Shown: positions 1 through 10,835 of the stretch, in pieces
Layout: each line of letters begins with the position of its first letter
How positions within the stretch are numbered: the stretch's first letter is position 1
Assembly (NCBI GenBank): GCA_963705505.1
Contig: CAVPJU010000006.1
Span: 32,001-96,000 of the forward strand
From: an uncultured bacterium
Lineage (GTDB): Bacteria > Desulfobacterota_D > UBA1144 > Nemesobacterales > UBA2774
Reading direction: 5' to 3'
DNA: 64,000 bases
The notes under the pieces: model-generated
Told to the model about the DNA's origin: nothing
The model's database searches: none
The model's input: the letters and a program-made list of their open reading frames with translations, nothing else
Made by a program: the position numbers and the translations under genes

Positions 1-721
1 CCTAATAATGATCCTGAGCTCGCTCGTCTTTGCCAGCATTTCCGCAGATCAGTACAACAAGATCGTTAAAGACCTCGGGCTCACTTCCATCTCAATAATC
101 GGAATACTCATATCCGTTTTTCTCGGCATAGGCCTCGTCTATAAAGAAGTAGAGCGCAAAACCGTCTACAACATCTTTTCGAAACCGATAAAAAGATATG
201 AATTCATATTCGGGAAATATCTCGGACTCGGAATAACCCTTTTCGTTATAACAGCCGGCATGGCGCTTATTCTTTTTTTACTTGTCCTGTTCATAGAAAT
301 CAGATACGAGGGGCTGATCAATTTTTATTACGGCGGACATTTCTACGCCGAGTTTTTTAACGCCGTATATTTCGAGTACCTGGAATTCCTGGTCGTCATA
401 GGTATCGCGCTGGTTTTCTCGAGCTTCACAACGCCCGTAATGAGCGCGCTTTTCACCTTTTTCGTCATAGCCATCGGACGCTTCTCGAGCGATATAAGAC
501 TCTTCGCGGAGGAAGTAAAAAGTCCCTTTTCCGCTTTCTTTTCGGAAGCGATTTACAGGACTATACCAAATTTAGAAAAATTCGACGTGAGGAGCGAAGC
601 CGTATACGGAGGGGCCGTCAACCCCGATTTAATTATATACACTACTATTTATGCCGTCATATATACCCTGGCCCTCCTGATCCTTGCGGTCATCATTTTC
701 GAGAGGAAAGAGTTTAAATAA
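1..721 (+). CDS. ABC transporter permease, PilI/XapB-like (5' end probably outside the window)
   Basis: Multiple TM segments and the motif KEVERKTVYNIFSKPIKRYEFIFGKYLG typical of ABC-2-type permeases; the frame is open from the window edge. Confidence 0.8.
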   Translation, partial: LIMILSSLVFASISADQYNKIVKDLGLTSISIIGILISVFLGIGLVYKEVERKTVYNIFSKPIKRYEFIFGKYLGLGITLFVITAGMALILFLLVLFIEIRYEGLINFYYGGHFYAEFFNAVYFEYLEFLVVIGIALVFSSFTTPVMSALFTFFVIAIGRFSSDIRLFAEEVKSPFSAFFSEAIYRTIPNLEKFDVRSEAVYGGAVNPDLIIYTTIYAVIYTLALLILAVIIFERKEFK

Positions 722-724
722 CCA

Positions 725-1804
725 ATGTCCGCCAACACCGCGAAAAGGCCCGTATTCGCTCTCGTAATTCTGGTTTTATTAGTCGCCGTATCGATCCCGT
801 TCCAGATTAAGATCGATGACATCAGAGGCAAGTTCAGGTCCGTGGAAGGAAGCTTATACCTGTCTTCCTCGTCTCTCAAAAAAATCTCAATAGGTTACAA
901 CGAGCTCCTAGCGGACATATACTGGCTGAGGGCGCTCCAATACTTCGGCAGTAAAAAACCCGAAGAGCAGAACCCCGAACTCCTGTATCACTATTTCGAT
1001 ATTATTACCGACCTGGACCCCAAGTTCGTCAACGCATACAGGTACGGCGGCACTTTCCTGGCGGAAGGTCCGCCCTTCGGACTGGGAGAAACCAAAAAAG
1101 GGATAGAGCTCCTCGATAAAGGGAGGAAGAATAACCCCGAGAGCTACCGCCTGCCGCTCGAAGAAGCCTTTATTTATTATTTCTACCCGAAAGACTATGA
1201 AAGAGCGGCTGAATTATTTAATGAAGCTTCCGAAAAAACGGGAATCACACCGCTGAGGAGGGCTTCCCTGAAAGGCATGGCTGCATCGGCACATACCAAG
1301 GGGGGGAACAGGGAGCTCTCGAGAAAGATATGGGAAATAATCTACGAAACGAGCCCGAGCGAGGGGAGAAGGAACTTCGCGCTGAGGAATTTAAAAGAGA
1401 TAGACACGATGGTCATCGAGGACAAACTGACGGAATCTCTGAGGGAGTATGTGAGAATCTACGGCAAGCTGCCTTCAGCAACCAAAGACCTGGTAAAGGC
1501 GGGCATAATAAAAGACGGCATCCCGGCCTCGCCCGTGGGCGGCGAGTTCATAATCGCGCCAAAAATCCAATCCGTAAAAAATACGGCCCTCGCGGATCAG
1601 CAAATAAAGCAGGACCTTGCTTTTTTAAACTCGAAGGCCGCCAGATTCAAGAATCAGTACGGAGCATACCCGAAGGATATGGAAGAACTGAAAGATTATG
1701 TGGTTAATGAGACAACAGGAGATTTTCCGAGTCATCCGCTGGGTGAGGAATATATCTACGATCCCGAAACCGGGAAAGTGAAAACGATTGAGGCGGCTGA
1801 GTAG
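725..1804 (+). CDS. Membrane-anchored TPR-like protein, PilG/XapA-like
   Basis: N-terminal TM; LLADIYWLRALQYFG and ITDLDPKFVNAY motifs; helical repeats; starts 3 nt after the permease stop. Confidence 0.55.
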   Translation: MSANTAKRPVFALVILVLLVAVSIPFQIKIDDIRGKFRSVEGSLYLSSSSLKKISIGYNELLADIYWLRALQYFGSKKPEEQNPELLYHYFDIITDLDPKFVNAYRYGGTFLAEGPPFGLGETKKGIELLDKGRKNNPESYRLPLEEAFIYYFYPKDYERAAELFNEASEKTGITPLRRASLKGMAASAHTKGGNRELSRKIWEIIYETSPSEGRRNFALRNLKEIDTMVIEDKLTESLREYVRIYGKLPSATKDLVKAGIIKDGIPASPVGGEFIIAPKIQSVKNTALADQQIKQDLAFLNSKAARFKNQYGAYPKDMEELKDYVVNETTGDFPSHPLGEEYIYDPETGKVKTIEAAE

Positions 1805-1830
1805 ATTCCGCTTCGGGAAAGGCCGGCATA

Positions 1831-2307
1831 TCAGGTGATCTCCAACACTACAAACTCCCTTATACCGCCGGGAGCATGGACCTGCACATCGTCATCGACC
1901 TGCTTGCCTATGAGCGCCTTTCCGAGCGGGGAAGTGATGGATATGAGACCGTTTTCGGGTTCGGATTCATCGGGCCCGACGAGCTGATAAGCTACCGTTT
2001 CACCGGTATCCAGATTCTCGAGCTTAACCCTGACTCCGAACGTCACTCTATTTTTATCCCTGAGCTCTGCGGGGTCGATAATTTCGGCTCTGCTTAATTT
2101 GCTGTCGAGCTCCTGAATCCTTCCTTCCACAAAGGACTGCCTTTGCTTCGCCGTTTCATACTCGGCGTTCTCCGAAAGGTCTCCGAGGGACCTTGCATAT
2201 TCAATCAATTTTATAACTTCCTGTCTTTCGACAGTCTTCAGCCTGCGGAGCTCTTCCTGGAGTTTTTTGAACCCGCCGGGCGTCATCGGCACTCGTTCGA
2301 TAGTCAT
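1831..2307 (-). CDS. greA: Transcription elongation factor GreA
   Basis: GDLSENAEY and ISITSPLGKALIGK motifs; GGAGG RBS before ATG at 2307. Confidence 0.96.
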   Translation of the reverse strand: MTIERVPMTPGGFKKLQEELRRLKTVERQEVIKLIEYARSLGDLSENAEYETAKQRQSFVEGRIQELDSKLSRAEIIDPAELRDKNRVTFGVRVKLENLDTGETVAYQLVGPDESEPENGLISITSPLGKALIGKQVDDDVQVHAPGGIREFVVLEIT

Positions 2308-2415
2308 ACTAATTCCCTCCATAATCCAGGATTAAAGGGTAACCGAGAAGAGATTCCCGAAGTTGAGACTTATAATAATTATACAATCCTGACATGGGCT
2401 TATAGTATACAATAA

Positions 2416-5400
2416 TTAATAATAGTCCTGAATAGCCTTGACGTCGAGTCCTTCCTTGATTAAGGCCTCGATTGCCCCTACCAAAGCTTTGGCGGCAGAG
2501 ATCGTCGTAAAGTAAGGGACCCTGTGAACGAGGGCGGATCTCCTGATCGAATACGACTGCTCGACTTCCTTCTGCCCGAACGTCGTATTCACGACGAGCT
2601 GGACCTCTCCGTTTTTAATATGATCGACTATGTGCGGGCGGCCTTCCGCCACCTTTTTTACAACCGTACATGCGACGCCGATACTTTCGAGGTATGCGGC
2701 TGTGCCGGTCGTCGCCATAATCTTAAACCCGAGATCCTCGAGGCCTTGAGCGAATTCCGAAAGTTTAGGCTTATCCTCGTCCTTGACGCTTATAAACGCG
2801 GTCCCTGATAACGGGAGGTCGCTCCCGGCGGCGATCTGGGCCTTGGCGAAAGCCATCCGTATTTCCTTATCTATGCCCATCACCTCGCCAGTGGATTTCA
2901 TCTCGGGCCCCAGGATCGTATCCACACCCTGAAACTTGATGAAAGGGAATACGGATTCCTTGACACAAAAATGCCTGGGGACAATCTCTTTTGTGAAGCC
3001 GAGCTCTTTAAGCGTCTTTCCTATCATGACTTTCGTGCCGAGCTTTGCAAGAGGAACCCCTATGGCTTTACTTACGAAGGGGATCGTCCTGCTCGCCCGT
3101 GGATTCACTTCGAGTATGTAAACGGTACCGTCCTTAACGGCGAATTGAATATTGACGAGGCCCTTCACATTAAGAGCCAGGGCAAGCTCCCTGGTCTGGC
3201 GTTTTATTTCCTTAAGCACCGGGGAGTCGATAGAGAAAGGGGGAAGGACCATGGCGCTATCCCCCGAGTGGACCCCGGCCTCCTCAATATGCTCGAGCAC
3301 ACCGCCTATGACTACGGTCTTGCCGTCCGATATGGCGTCGACATCGACCTCCTTGGCATCGTTTAAGAACTTGTCTATCAGGACCGGGTGGTTTGGGGAG
3401 ACTTTTACCGCCTCTCTCATGTAACGCTTGAGCGATTCCTCCGTATAGACAATCTCCATCGCCCGTCCTCCGAGGACATAGGAAGGCCTGACGACTATCG
3501 GATAACTTATTTTATTCGCAATCTTGAGGGCTTGTTCCTGGCTCCTTGCGATTCCGCTCTCAGGCTGTCTCAGTCCGAGCTGAACGACGAGGTCCCTGAA
3601 CCTCTCCCTGTCTTCGGCGAGGTCTATGCTGTCGGGGGATGTGCCGATGATTTTCACCCCCCTTTCCTCAAGCGGGATGGCGAGCTTGAGAGGGGTCTGG
3701 CCTCCCAGGTGCACGATCACGCCTTCGGGCCTCTCCCTCGCGACGATGGATAGAGTATCTTCGAGGGTGAGGGGCTCGAAATAGAGCCTGTCCGAGGTGT
3801 CGTAATCGGTGCTGACGGTCTCGGGGTTGCAGTTTACCATTATGGCCTCGTAACCCTCTTCTCTGAGAGAGAACGAGGCGTGGACACAGCAGTAATCGAA
3901 CTCGATGCCCTGCCCGATCCTGTTCGGACCGCCGCCGAGGATCACGACCTTGGGTCTTTCGGTCGGCGGGGCTTCGTCTTCCCTTTCGTAAGTCGAGTAA
4001 AGGTAGGGTGTGTACGCCTCGAATTCGGCAGCGCACGTGTCGACCATCTTATAGACGGAGTCGATTTTATTCTTTTGTCTCGATATTCTGATATCGTCCT
4101 GCGACTTCCCTAAAAGCTCGGCAATCCTTATATCCGAGAAGCCGTACTCCTTGGCCTGCCTGATAAGGCTTCCGTTCATCTTCCCCGAGGAAGAACCGAG
4201 TCTTCCCTCCAGTTGAACAATTTGCTCTATATTCCGCAGAAACCACCTGTCTATATAGGTAAGGCTGAAAATTTCCTCGATACCCATGCCGCATCTCAAG
4301 GCATCGGCTATATACCAGAGCCTGTCCGCATTAGGGATCCTTAGCTTCTCCCTTATGAGAGCCTGGTCGGCGGACTTAGACTCGAACCCCGAAGAATCGA
4401 TCTCGAGAGACCTGACGGCCTTCTGGAGCGACTCCTTGAAAGTCCTTCCTATCGCCATTGCCTCTCCCACCGATTTCATCTGCGTCGTCAGGGACGGATC
4501 AGTCTGGGGGAACTTCTCAAACGTAAACCTGGGGATTTTTACGACCACGTAATCTATGGACGGCTCGAAGGACGCGGGGGTGTACCGTGTGATATCGTTT
4601 GAAATTTCATCGAGCGTGTAGCCGACCGCGAGCTTGGCCGCAATTTTCGCGATGGGGAATCCCGTGGCTTTGGAGGCGAGAGCGGAGCTCCGCGATACCC
4701 TGGGATTCATTTCTATGACCACCATGCGCCCGTCATCCGGGTTGAGCCCGAACTGGATATTCGACCCTCCGGTGTCGACGCCGATCTCTCTTATTATGGC
4801 GATCGACGCATCGCGCATCCTCTGATATTCCTTATCGGTGAGCGTCTGCGCAGGAGCGACAGTGATGCTGTCGCCCGTATGGACGCCCATGGGATCGAAG
4901 TTCTCTATGGAGCATATAATCACGACGTTATCCATCCCGTCGCGCATTACCTCGAGCTCGAATTCCTTCCATCCGAGGACGGACTCCTCTATCAGGATTT
5001 CGCTGATGGGGCTCAGATCGAGTCCCGACTTCGCAAACTCCTGGAATTCCTCTTTGTTGTATGCGACGCTTCCTCCCGAGCCGCCGAGCGTGAAAGAAGG
5101 ACGTATAATGACCGGGAACCCGAGCTCTTCGATGACGTTCCAAGCCTCGGTCATTTCATGCGCTATGCCGCTCTTCGGGACCTCGAGCCCTATGTCCAGC
5201 ATAGCCTTCTTGAAGAGCTCCCTGTTTTCGGCCTTTCTTATCGCGTGCAGCTTGGCCCCGATGAGCTCCACGCCGTATTTATCGAGCACTCCCGACTCGG
5301 CGAGATCAACGGCTATGTTGAGAGCAGTCTGTCCGCCGAGAGTCGGCAGAAGGGCGTCCGGCCTTTCTTTCTCTATTATCTTTTCCACGATCTCCGGCAC

Positions 5401-5607
5401 GAGCGGCTCGATATACGTCCGGTCGGCGAACGCCGGATCCGTCATGATAGTAGCCGGGTTGCTGTTTACAAGCACGATCCTGAAGCCCTCTTCCCTGAGG
5501 GCCTTGCACGCCTGAGTGCCCGAATAGTCAAATTCGCAGGCCTGCCCGATCACTATAGGGCCCGAGCCTATGAGCAGTATGGTTTTAATGTCTTCGCGTT
5601 TAGGCAT
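2416..5607 (-). CDS. carB: Carbamoyl-phosphate synthase large subunit
   Basis: [26 protein letters not shown] start; duplicated ATP-grasp halves; C-terminal MGS domain; 1063 aa. Confidence 0.98.
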   Translation of the reverse strand: MPKREDIKTILLIGSGPIVIGQACEFDYSGTQACKALREEGFRIVLVNSNPATIMTDPAFADRTYIEPLVPEIVEKIIEKERPDALLPTLGGQTALNIAVDLAESGVLDKYGVELIGAKLHAIRKAENRELFKKAMLDIGLEVPKSGIAHEMTEAWNVIEELGFPVIIRPSFTLGGSGGSVAYNKEEFQEFAKSGLDLSPISEILIEESVLGWKEFELEVMRDGMDNVVIICSIENFDPMGVHTGDSITVAPAQTLTDKEYQRMRDASIAIIREIGVDTGGSNIQFGLNPDDGRMVVIEMNPRVSRSSALASKATGFPIAKIAAKLAVGYTLDEISNDITRYTPASFEPSIDYVVVKIPRFTFEKFPQTDPSLTTQMKSVGEAMAIGRTFKESLQKAVRSLEIDSSGFESKSADQALIREKLRIPNADRLWYIADALRCGMGIEEIFSLTYIDRWFLRNIEQIVQLEGRLGSSSGKMNGSLIRQAKEYGFSDIRIAELLGKSQDDIRISRQKNKIDSVYKMVDTCAAEFEAYTPYLYSTYEREDEAPPTERPKVVILGGGPNRIGQGIEFDYCCVHASFSLREEGYEAIMVNCNPETVSTDYDTSDRLYFEPLTLEDTLSIVARERPEGVIVHLGGQTPLKLAIPLEERGVKIIGTSPDSIDLAEDRERFRDLVVQLGLRQPESGIARSQEQALKIANKISYPIVVRPSYVLGGRAMEIVYTEESLKRYMREAVKVSPNHPVLIDKFLNDAKEVDVDAISDGKTVVIGGVLEHIEEAGVHSGDSAMVLPPFSIDSPVLKEIKRQTRELALALNVKGLVNIQFAVKDGTVYILEVNPRASRTIPFVSKAIGVPLAKLGTKVMIGKTLKELGFTKEIVPRHFCVKESVFPFIKFQGVDTILGPEMKSTGEVMGIDKEIRMAFAKAQIAAGSDLPLSGTAFISVKDEDKPKLSEFAQGLEDLGFKIMATTGTAAYLESIGVACTVVKKVAEGRPHIVDHIKNGEVQLVVNTTFGQKEVEQSYSIRRSALVHRVPYFTTISAAKALVGAIEALIKEGLDVKAIQDYY

Positions 5608-5859
5608 TTTAGTAAAGCGGAATAAGAGTAAATAAATTATGATTTCGAGCTATCGGGGAGTACGTAAAAGAGTTAAGCCCCCATTATGAAGCCATTGATT
5701 TATACCTGTGAATTTTTAATCTAGCAAATAGGATACATACTTCCGCGCGAGAAAAAAGATAATGACAGCAAAACGCTAAGTCCTCAATGAAACCAATGGC
5801 TTATCCGAAAGCCCAAAAGAGGCGAAAGATAAGCAGGCGATAAGCACGAAAGGATAGGA

Positions 5860-6582
5860 TCAGGTGATTGACTGGGACTCGATTTTCTTTTGCTCCTCTC
5901 TATTCTTTAGCTCAACCATGACGTGAAGCATGCGCTGGATAGCGGTGTACGAAGAGAACACGAGCATCAATAATAACGCGAGCTTGAGCAGATAGTCGTC
6001 GGGTCCGTAGCCGAGCGACTCCGTAAGCATGTTGCCGAGGAAATTAAAAACCGAAAGCACCCCCAGGTACACGACCCTTTCGGCCCTCTGCATTACGCCG
6101 ACTTCGCACTTGACGCCGAGCCCCTCAGCCCTTGCGCGTGTATAGCTCACCATGGTGGTCGAGACGAGTATGAGGAAAACCACATATGAAAAAATAGTGT
6201 CCCGAAAAAAGCTCAGCAGGCCCAGATATATGAAGGCTTCAGAGAATCTGTCGAGGCAGGAATCGAAGAAGGCGCCGTGCTGGCTGCTGAGACCCTGAGC
6301 CCTCGCAACGCGCCCGTCAAAAATATCGAACGTCGATCCTGCGAGCACAAGCACTCCCCCCGCAAAAATCCAGCCGTAGTGGTAAAAGAGCCCTGTAACC
6401 GCTGCGACGACGAGCGTGGAAACGGTAAGGACATTCGGATGAATTTTTATCTTGAGGAGATAATCCTCTATCGGCAGCATGAGCAGGAGCCACCACGTCT
6501 TTATACCGCTTCCGAGAAGTGTCGTAGACTCCGGCCTTTTCTTGTTTTTAGATCTTTCCGTTATCTCTTCGGGATGGGTCAT
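5860..6582 (-). CDS. CDP-alcohol phosphatidyltransferase (PgsA/PIP-synthase-like)
   Basis: Family motif DIFDGRVAR...GAFFDSCLD, plus VSYTRARAEGLG; start at 6582 is my estimate. Confidence 0.9.
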   Translation of the reverse strand: MTHPEEITERSKNKKRPESTTLLGSGIKTWWLLLMLPIEDYLLKIKIHPNVLTVSTLVVAAVTGLFYHYGWIFAGGVLVLAGSTFDIFDGRVARAQGLSSQHGAFFDSCLDRFSEAFIYLGLLSFFRDTIFSYVVFLILVSTTMVSYTRARAEGLGVKCEVGVMQRAERVVYLGVLSVFNFLGNMLTESLGYGPDDYLLKLALLLMLVFSSYTAIQRMLHVMVELKNREEQKKIESQSIT

Positions 6583-6708
6583 ATTATTTTTTCCATTATT
6601 AAAATGATACGGCAATTCCGGGAATAACAATATCCGTTTTAGATTTTTCAAGCAAGCCGTGCCGATGTAATATAACCGAGCCCGATTAAGCCTCTCCCAG
6701 CCGAAAAA

Positions 6709-8334
6709 TCAATCATTTTCGGACACGAAGACGGATTTGATAAAGCGCTCCTTTCTTTTTAAGCCGTCGGCGTACGAAGCGGCTTCTTCCTTGGTAGGAA
6801 ATACGCCCACCCTCACCCTGTACCATTTACCCTTGCCCGGAATATCCGCAGGGACGACGAAAGCGTCGTATCCCTTTTTCTTAAGCCTGGCCGCGATTCC
6901 GTCCGCATCCTCCTTTTCCCTCGAGGACGCGACCTGCACGGTGAAGCTCCCTTTGGGCTTTGACGCGGCGAGATTCTCTTTCACGCTATCGCTGACCGTC
7001 CGGGGAACCGCGTCGCTTGACGAATCGCCTGTAAATGAAGCCAGGAGCTGACCTTCGAGAATCGCGGCTTTCGAGCCGCTATCGACTACGCCGGTATGGT
7101 CGATATTATTACTCACCGGGGAAGGGGAAACCGCGACTTCGGGTTCCTTTTTCACCGCCTTTTCGGGTTCGGCTTTTATCGGGCTTTCCGTTATGCTTTC
7201 TTCGGCTATGACTGCCGCGCTGCTCTCTACGGCCGGGGACTCGGGTGCGGAAGGCTCTCCGGTCATAGAGTTTTCCAGCCGGACGGGAGACTCCATTTGC
7301 CTTGCCAGGATAGTCCCTTTTTCCTCATTCGAGATTCCGACCGAAGCTGGTGAAGGGGGGGGCGCGACCGGCTCGACTCGTTCGGCCGGCTCAAGCGTCT
7401 CCTCGGCTTTAATGCTCTCAAACGAAAGTGTCCGGGTGGTAGCAGGGAGCTCTCTTTCCGTGATTCCGCCCTCGGGCATCTTCTTTTCGGCGGCGGGCTC
7501 ATCCGCAGCCCTCGATGCCGCGGCAGGGGCAGCGGGGGGCCCGCTCACGACCTCGCCACTGGTAACGGTACGGCTTTCGGGAACCGCGCCCGCCTCGCTA
7601 ATTTTCATCACCTGGAGGCACGTAAACGGCCGTTTCACTACTACATTCCGTTCCGTCAATACCACCTCCACCGAGCCTACTATATCGGGAGGGCTTTCAA
7701 AGACGAGCTTTCTCGGGGATTCGGCAAGGACATTCGCTTTTTCATTGCCGATTTGAAAATCAGTCGTGGCAAAATCTCCGTCGAAAGGACCCTTTATTTC
7801 AACGAGCCTCCCTGCCTGTCCCACGAGCGGACACTGATAGTCATACGGCGAAGGCGTCCCGGAATTTTCCCTTACGGATGAGGACAGGTTTATAGGCACG
7901 GACGCGCTGCCGAGAGACTTCATAGAATTATTTCTGAGAGTGAACTTCATCTTGGTCCCGGCCATGTTCCTCGGGACGTTTATTTTGACGGTTTTGGCGC
8001 TGACAGGCACGTTAAAAAAACTCGTTTCGATGATGAAGCTGTTAAGGATAGTCAGATTGTTATTCTTGATACTCTGAGTGCTTCCGGAGGGATAAGCTCT
8101 TATCGCGGCAGAGACCGTGTCGCCTGCGGCGATATCGTCAGGCAGGAAGAGCTTTACACGGCCTTCCGGTATTTCGAAATCGACGACGCGGACTCCGTTT
8201 GCGGCGTCCTCGGAGCTTGAAGCTATGGTCAGGCCGAATAGGAGAAAAGAGAGTAGAACAGCAAGAGGTATTATGACCCTGACGCCTTCTTTGCCTATTA
8301 TCATAACCTGTCTGCCGAACCCGGGTTTATACAC
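6709..8334 (-). CDS. Exported SPOR-domain protein with an unknown N-terminal beta-rich region
   Basis: Hydrophobic N-terminus, Pro/Ala/Glu-rich linker, C-terminal FTVQVAS...WYRVRVG SPOR motif. Confidence 0.8.
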   Translation of the reverse strand: MYKPGFGRQVMIIGKEGVRVIIPLAVLLSFLLFGLTIASSSEDAANGVRVVDFEIPEGRVKLFLPDDIAAGDTVSAAIRAYPSGSTQSIKNNNLTILNSFIIETSFFNVPVSAKTVKINVPRNMAGTKMKFTLRNNSMKSLGSASVPINLSSSVRENSGTPSPYDYQCPLVGQAGRLVEIKGPFDGDFATTDFQIGNEKANVLAESPRKLVFESPPDIVGSVEVVLTERNVVVKRPFTCLQVMKISEAGAVPESRTVTSGEVVSGPPAAPAAASRAADEPAAEKKMPEGGITERELPATTRTLSFESIKAEETLEPAERVEPVAPPPSPASVGISNEEKGTILARQMESPVRLENSMTGEPSAPESPAVESSAAVIAEESITESPIKAEPEKAVKKEPEVAVSPSPVSNNIDHTGVVDSGSKAAILEGQLLASFTGDSSSDAVPRTVSDSVKENLAASKPKGSFTVQVASSREKEDADGIAARLKKKGYDAFVVPADIPGKGKWYRVRVGVFPTKEEAASYADGLKRKERFIKSVFVSEND

Positions 8335-8341
8335 GACGGCG

Positions 8342-9061
8342 CTAGTTATTTACCGTTATAAATACCAATTTCACCCCTGGCTCTAAATTCCTCAAGGTTT
8401 CTCCGTAAGCTTTGGCCGTTTCAATGCTTCTGAAAGTCCCCACCCTTACCCTGTACCATTGATTGTTATCCGGGGAGGTCATGGACTTTATAAACACCGG
8501 GTAGCCCTTCGACTGGAGTGAGCTTGCGAGGCTGTTTGCCTGCTTCTGGTCCTGAAACGACCCTATCTGAACCGTATACAGCCCGTCGGGATCGACAGGC
8601 GGCAGAGTCGTATTAGCCGCCGTTTGCTTCTGTTTAGACTCGGCTGCTTCCTTTTCCCTCCGGATCTGCTCAGTGATCTCGGCGAGCCTCTTATCGGGAG
8701 CTACCGGCGCAGCCGTATCCGTTTTTTCAGGGACCGCGTCGTTTTTTACTTCCGTTTCCGTATTTTCGTTTTCATTCGGCGTGGGAGAAGGGGCGGGAGA
8801 GGGGTTCGCCATCGCTTCTTCCTGAATTTCGGGCGGAGGGCTTGCGGCGACCTCCTCACTCACGGGTTCCTCGCTTTCCTCGACCGGGGGATTTGACGGC
8901 TGCGGTTCCGCCTGGTCGAATCTTTTAGTTATCCTGAATTCCTGCTGGCTGAGTTTCTTCCCCACGAATACTCCGAGACCGAACACGACAATGAAGAGCA
9001 CCGTGAATGCAAAGAATAATGACAGTATCCGTCCGTCGCCCGGAGAACCGTTCCTGCTCAT
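8342..9061 (-). CDS. SPOR-domain protein, FtsN/DedD-like
   Basis: Single TM, Pro/Glu linker, YTVQIGSF...WYRVRVG; lies directly downstream of argS. Confidence 0.85.
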   Translation of the reverse strand: MSRNGSPGDGRILSLFFAFTVLFIVVFGLGVFVGKKLSQQEFRITKRFDQAEPQPSNPPVEESEEPVSEEVAASPPPEIQEEAMANPSPAPSPTPNENENTETEVKNDAVPEKTDTAAPVAPDKRLAEITEQIRREKEAAESKQKQTAANTTLPPVDPDGLYTVQIGSFQDQKQANSLASSLQSKGYPVFIKSMTSPDNNQWYRVRVGTFRSIETAKAYGETLRNLEPGVKLVFITVNN

Positions 9062-9064
9062 TGA

Positions 9065-10744
9065 TCACATCCTCTCCGGTGCCGATATGCCAAGCAGCTT
9101 AAGTCCGTTGCTGAGGACCGTACGTACGCACCTCACCAGATAAAGCCTGGCTCCGCTCAGACTGCTGTTCTCATCGACTATCCTGAATTTATTGTAGTAA
9201 GCGTGAAAGTCAGACGCCAGCTCCTGAAGGAAATAAGCGATCTTGTGTGGCGCAAGCGACTGAGCGGCGTCTTCGACTACATCGGGATAAAGGAGCAGCT
9301 TTTTGACGAGATCCACCTCCTCGGGCTGTGAAAGCTGTTCAAGCGAGGCGCTCGATTCTACCACGCCTTCCTCCTTTGCCTTTCTGAACAGGCTCCCGAT
9401 CCTGGCATAGGCATACTGGATATAGTATACGGGGTTCTCGCTCGATTCCTTCTTCGCTAAATCCAGATCGAAGTCGAGGTGACTCTCGGAGCTCCGCATT
9501 AGCAGAAAGAAGCGCATCACGTCGGGCCCGACTTCGTTAACGACGTCCCGCATCGTGACATAGCTGCCCGCCCTCTTGGACATCGATACCTCTTCGCCCT
9601 TTCTCATGAGACGGACGAACTGTATGAGGACTACATTGAACCTCGAATCGTCGAGGCCGAGGGCCCTGAGCGCGGCTTTAAGGCGCGTAACGTGCCCGTG
9701 ATGATCTGCCCCCCAGACGTTGATCAGGCTTTCAAAACCCCTCTCGAACTTGTCGGCATGATAGGCGATATCGGAAAGGAAGTATGTAGGGCTGCCGTCG
9801 CTCTTCACGATCACCCAGTCCTGCGTGTCCCCGTATCGTGTAGCCGCGAACCACAGCGCGCCTTCCTTCTCCTCGAGCGCGCCTTTTTCGGCAAGACGCT
9901 CTTTAATTTCACCCAGTTTTCCCTTTACGATACCGTTTTCGGAGAATCCATGGATATTTTCCTTTTCACTGTACCACTCATCGAAATATACGCCTGTGTC
10001 CTCGAGGTCTTTTCTTATGAAGCCGAGTAATTTTCCCCGCGCAAAATCCATGCAGTACGCGACGGATTCCCGCTCGGGCTCTTTAAGAAGCGAATCGCCT
10101 TTAAGCTCCTTTATCTCGGATGCTATTTCCTTTACATAATCACCCTTGTATCCGTCTTCGGGGATTTCCGCTTTTTGATCGAACAGCTCTCGGTATCTCG
10201 CATATACGGATACGCCGAGAAGCTCCATCTGTCTCCCCGCATCGTTTATATAGAACTCCCTGGTAACCTTATAGCCCGAAGCCGAGAGGATATTAGATAT
10301 GGTATCGCCAACGACGGCGTTGCGCGCGTGACCCATGTGGAGGTAGCCGGTAGGGTTGGCGCTCACGTATTCAACGAGGACACTGATACCGTTCCCGAGG
10401 CCGGACTCCCCGTATTTTTCACCGAGCCTCGCTACATCTGCGAGCTTATTAACCAAGGCCTCTTCCCTGACGAAGAAATTTATGAAGCCCGCCCCCGCTA
10501 TTTCGATTTTTTTGAACAGGCTGTCTTTTTCGTTCGGGAGGTTCTCGATGATAAGCTCCGCCACCTGACGCGGATTCTTACCCATCTTCTTGGCAAGCAC
10601 CATCGCCGTATTTACTGAAAAATCGCCGAATTCCTTTCTTTTCGGTATGCCGACCTCTATCTCCGCGGGCAGGTCGGACAGGTTGATTTTCTTTCCTATG
10701 CTCTCGACCGATTCGAGAACTACTCTCTGTATATCTTCTTTCAT
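9065..10744 (-). CDS. argS: Arginine--tRNA ligase
   Basis: EYVSANPTGYLHMGH (HIGH-like), MSKRAG, NPVYYIQYAYAR, C-terminal APERM. Confidence 0.98.
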   Translation of the reverse strand: MKEDIQRVVLESVESIGKKINLSDLPAEIEVGIPKRKEFGDFSVNTAMVLAKKMGKNPRQVAELIIENLPNEKDSLFKKIEIAGAGFINFFVREEALVNKLADVARLGEKYGESGLGNGISVLVEYVSANPTGYLHMGHARNAVVGDTISNILSASGYKVTREFYINDAGRQMELLGVSVYARYRELFDQKAEIPEDGYKGDYVKEIASEIKELKGDSLLKEPERESVAYCMDFARGKLLGFIRKDLEDTGVYFDEWYSEKENIHGFSENGIVKGKLGEIKERLAEKGALEEKEGALWFAATRYGDTQDWVIVKSDGSPTYFLSDIAYHADKFERGFESLINVWGADHHGHVTRLKAALRALGLDDSRFNVVLIQFVRLMRKGEEVSMSKRAGSYVTMRDVVNEVGPDVMRFFLLMRSSESHLDFDLDLAKKESSENPVYYIQYAYARIGSLFRKAKEEGVVESSASLEQLSQPEEVDLVKKLLLYPDVVEDAAQSLAPHKIAYFLQELASDFHAYYNKFRIVDENSSLSGARLYLVRCVRTVLSNGLKLLGISAPERM

Positions 10745-10835
10745 ATAGTTATCAGGAAATTACACCACATATTGCAGGGAGTTACAAGAAAACCCAGTGT
10801 GTCCGAACGGCGGTCGTCACGATCGTCGCCGGCAA

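Noticed and set aside
4838..5625. 225-aa and 248-aa plus-strand ORFs
   Set aside because: Antisense to conserved carB
5799..5834. GCTTATC...GATAAGC hairpin upstream of carB as a PyrR attenuator
   Set aside because: Lacks the PyrR binding-loop consensus; more simply a 3' structure of the upstream gene
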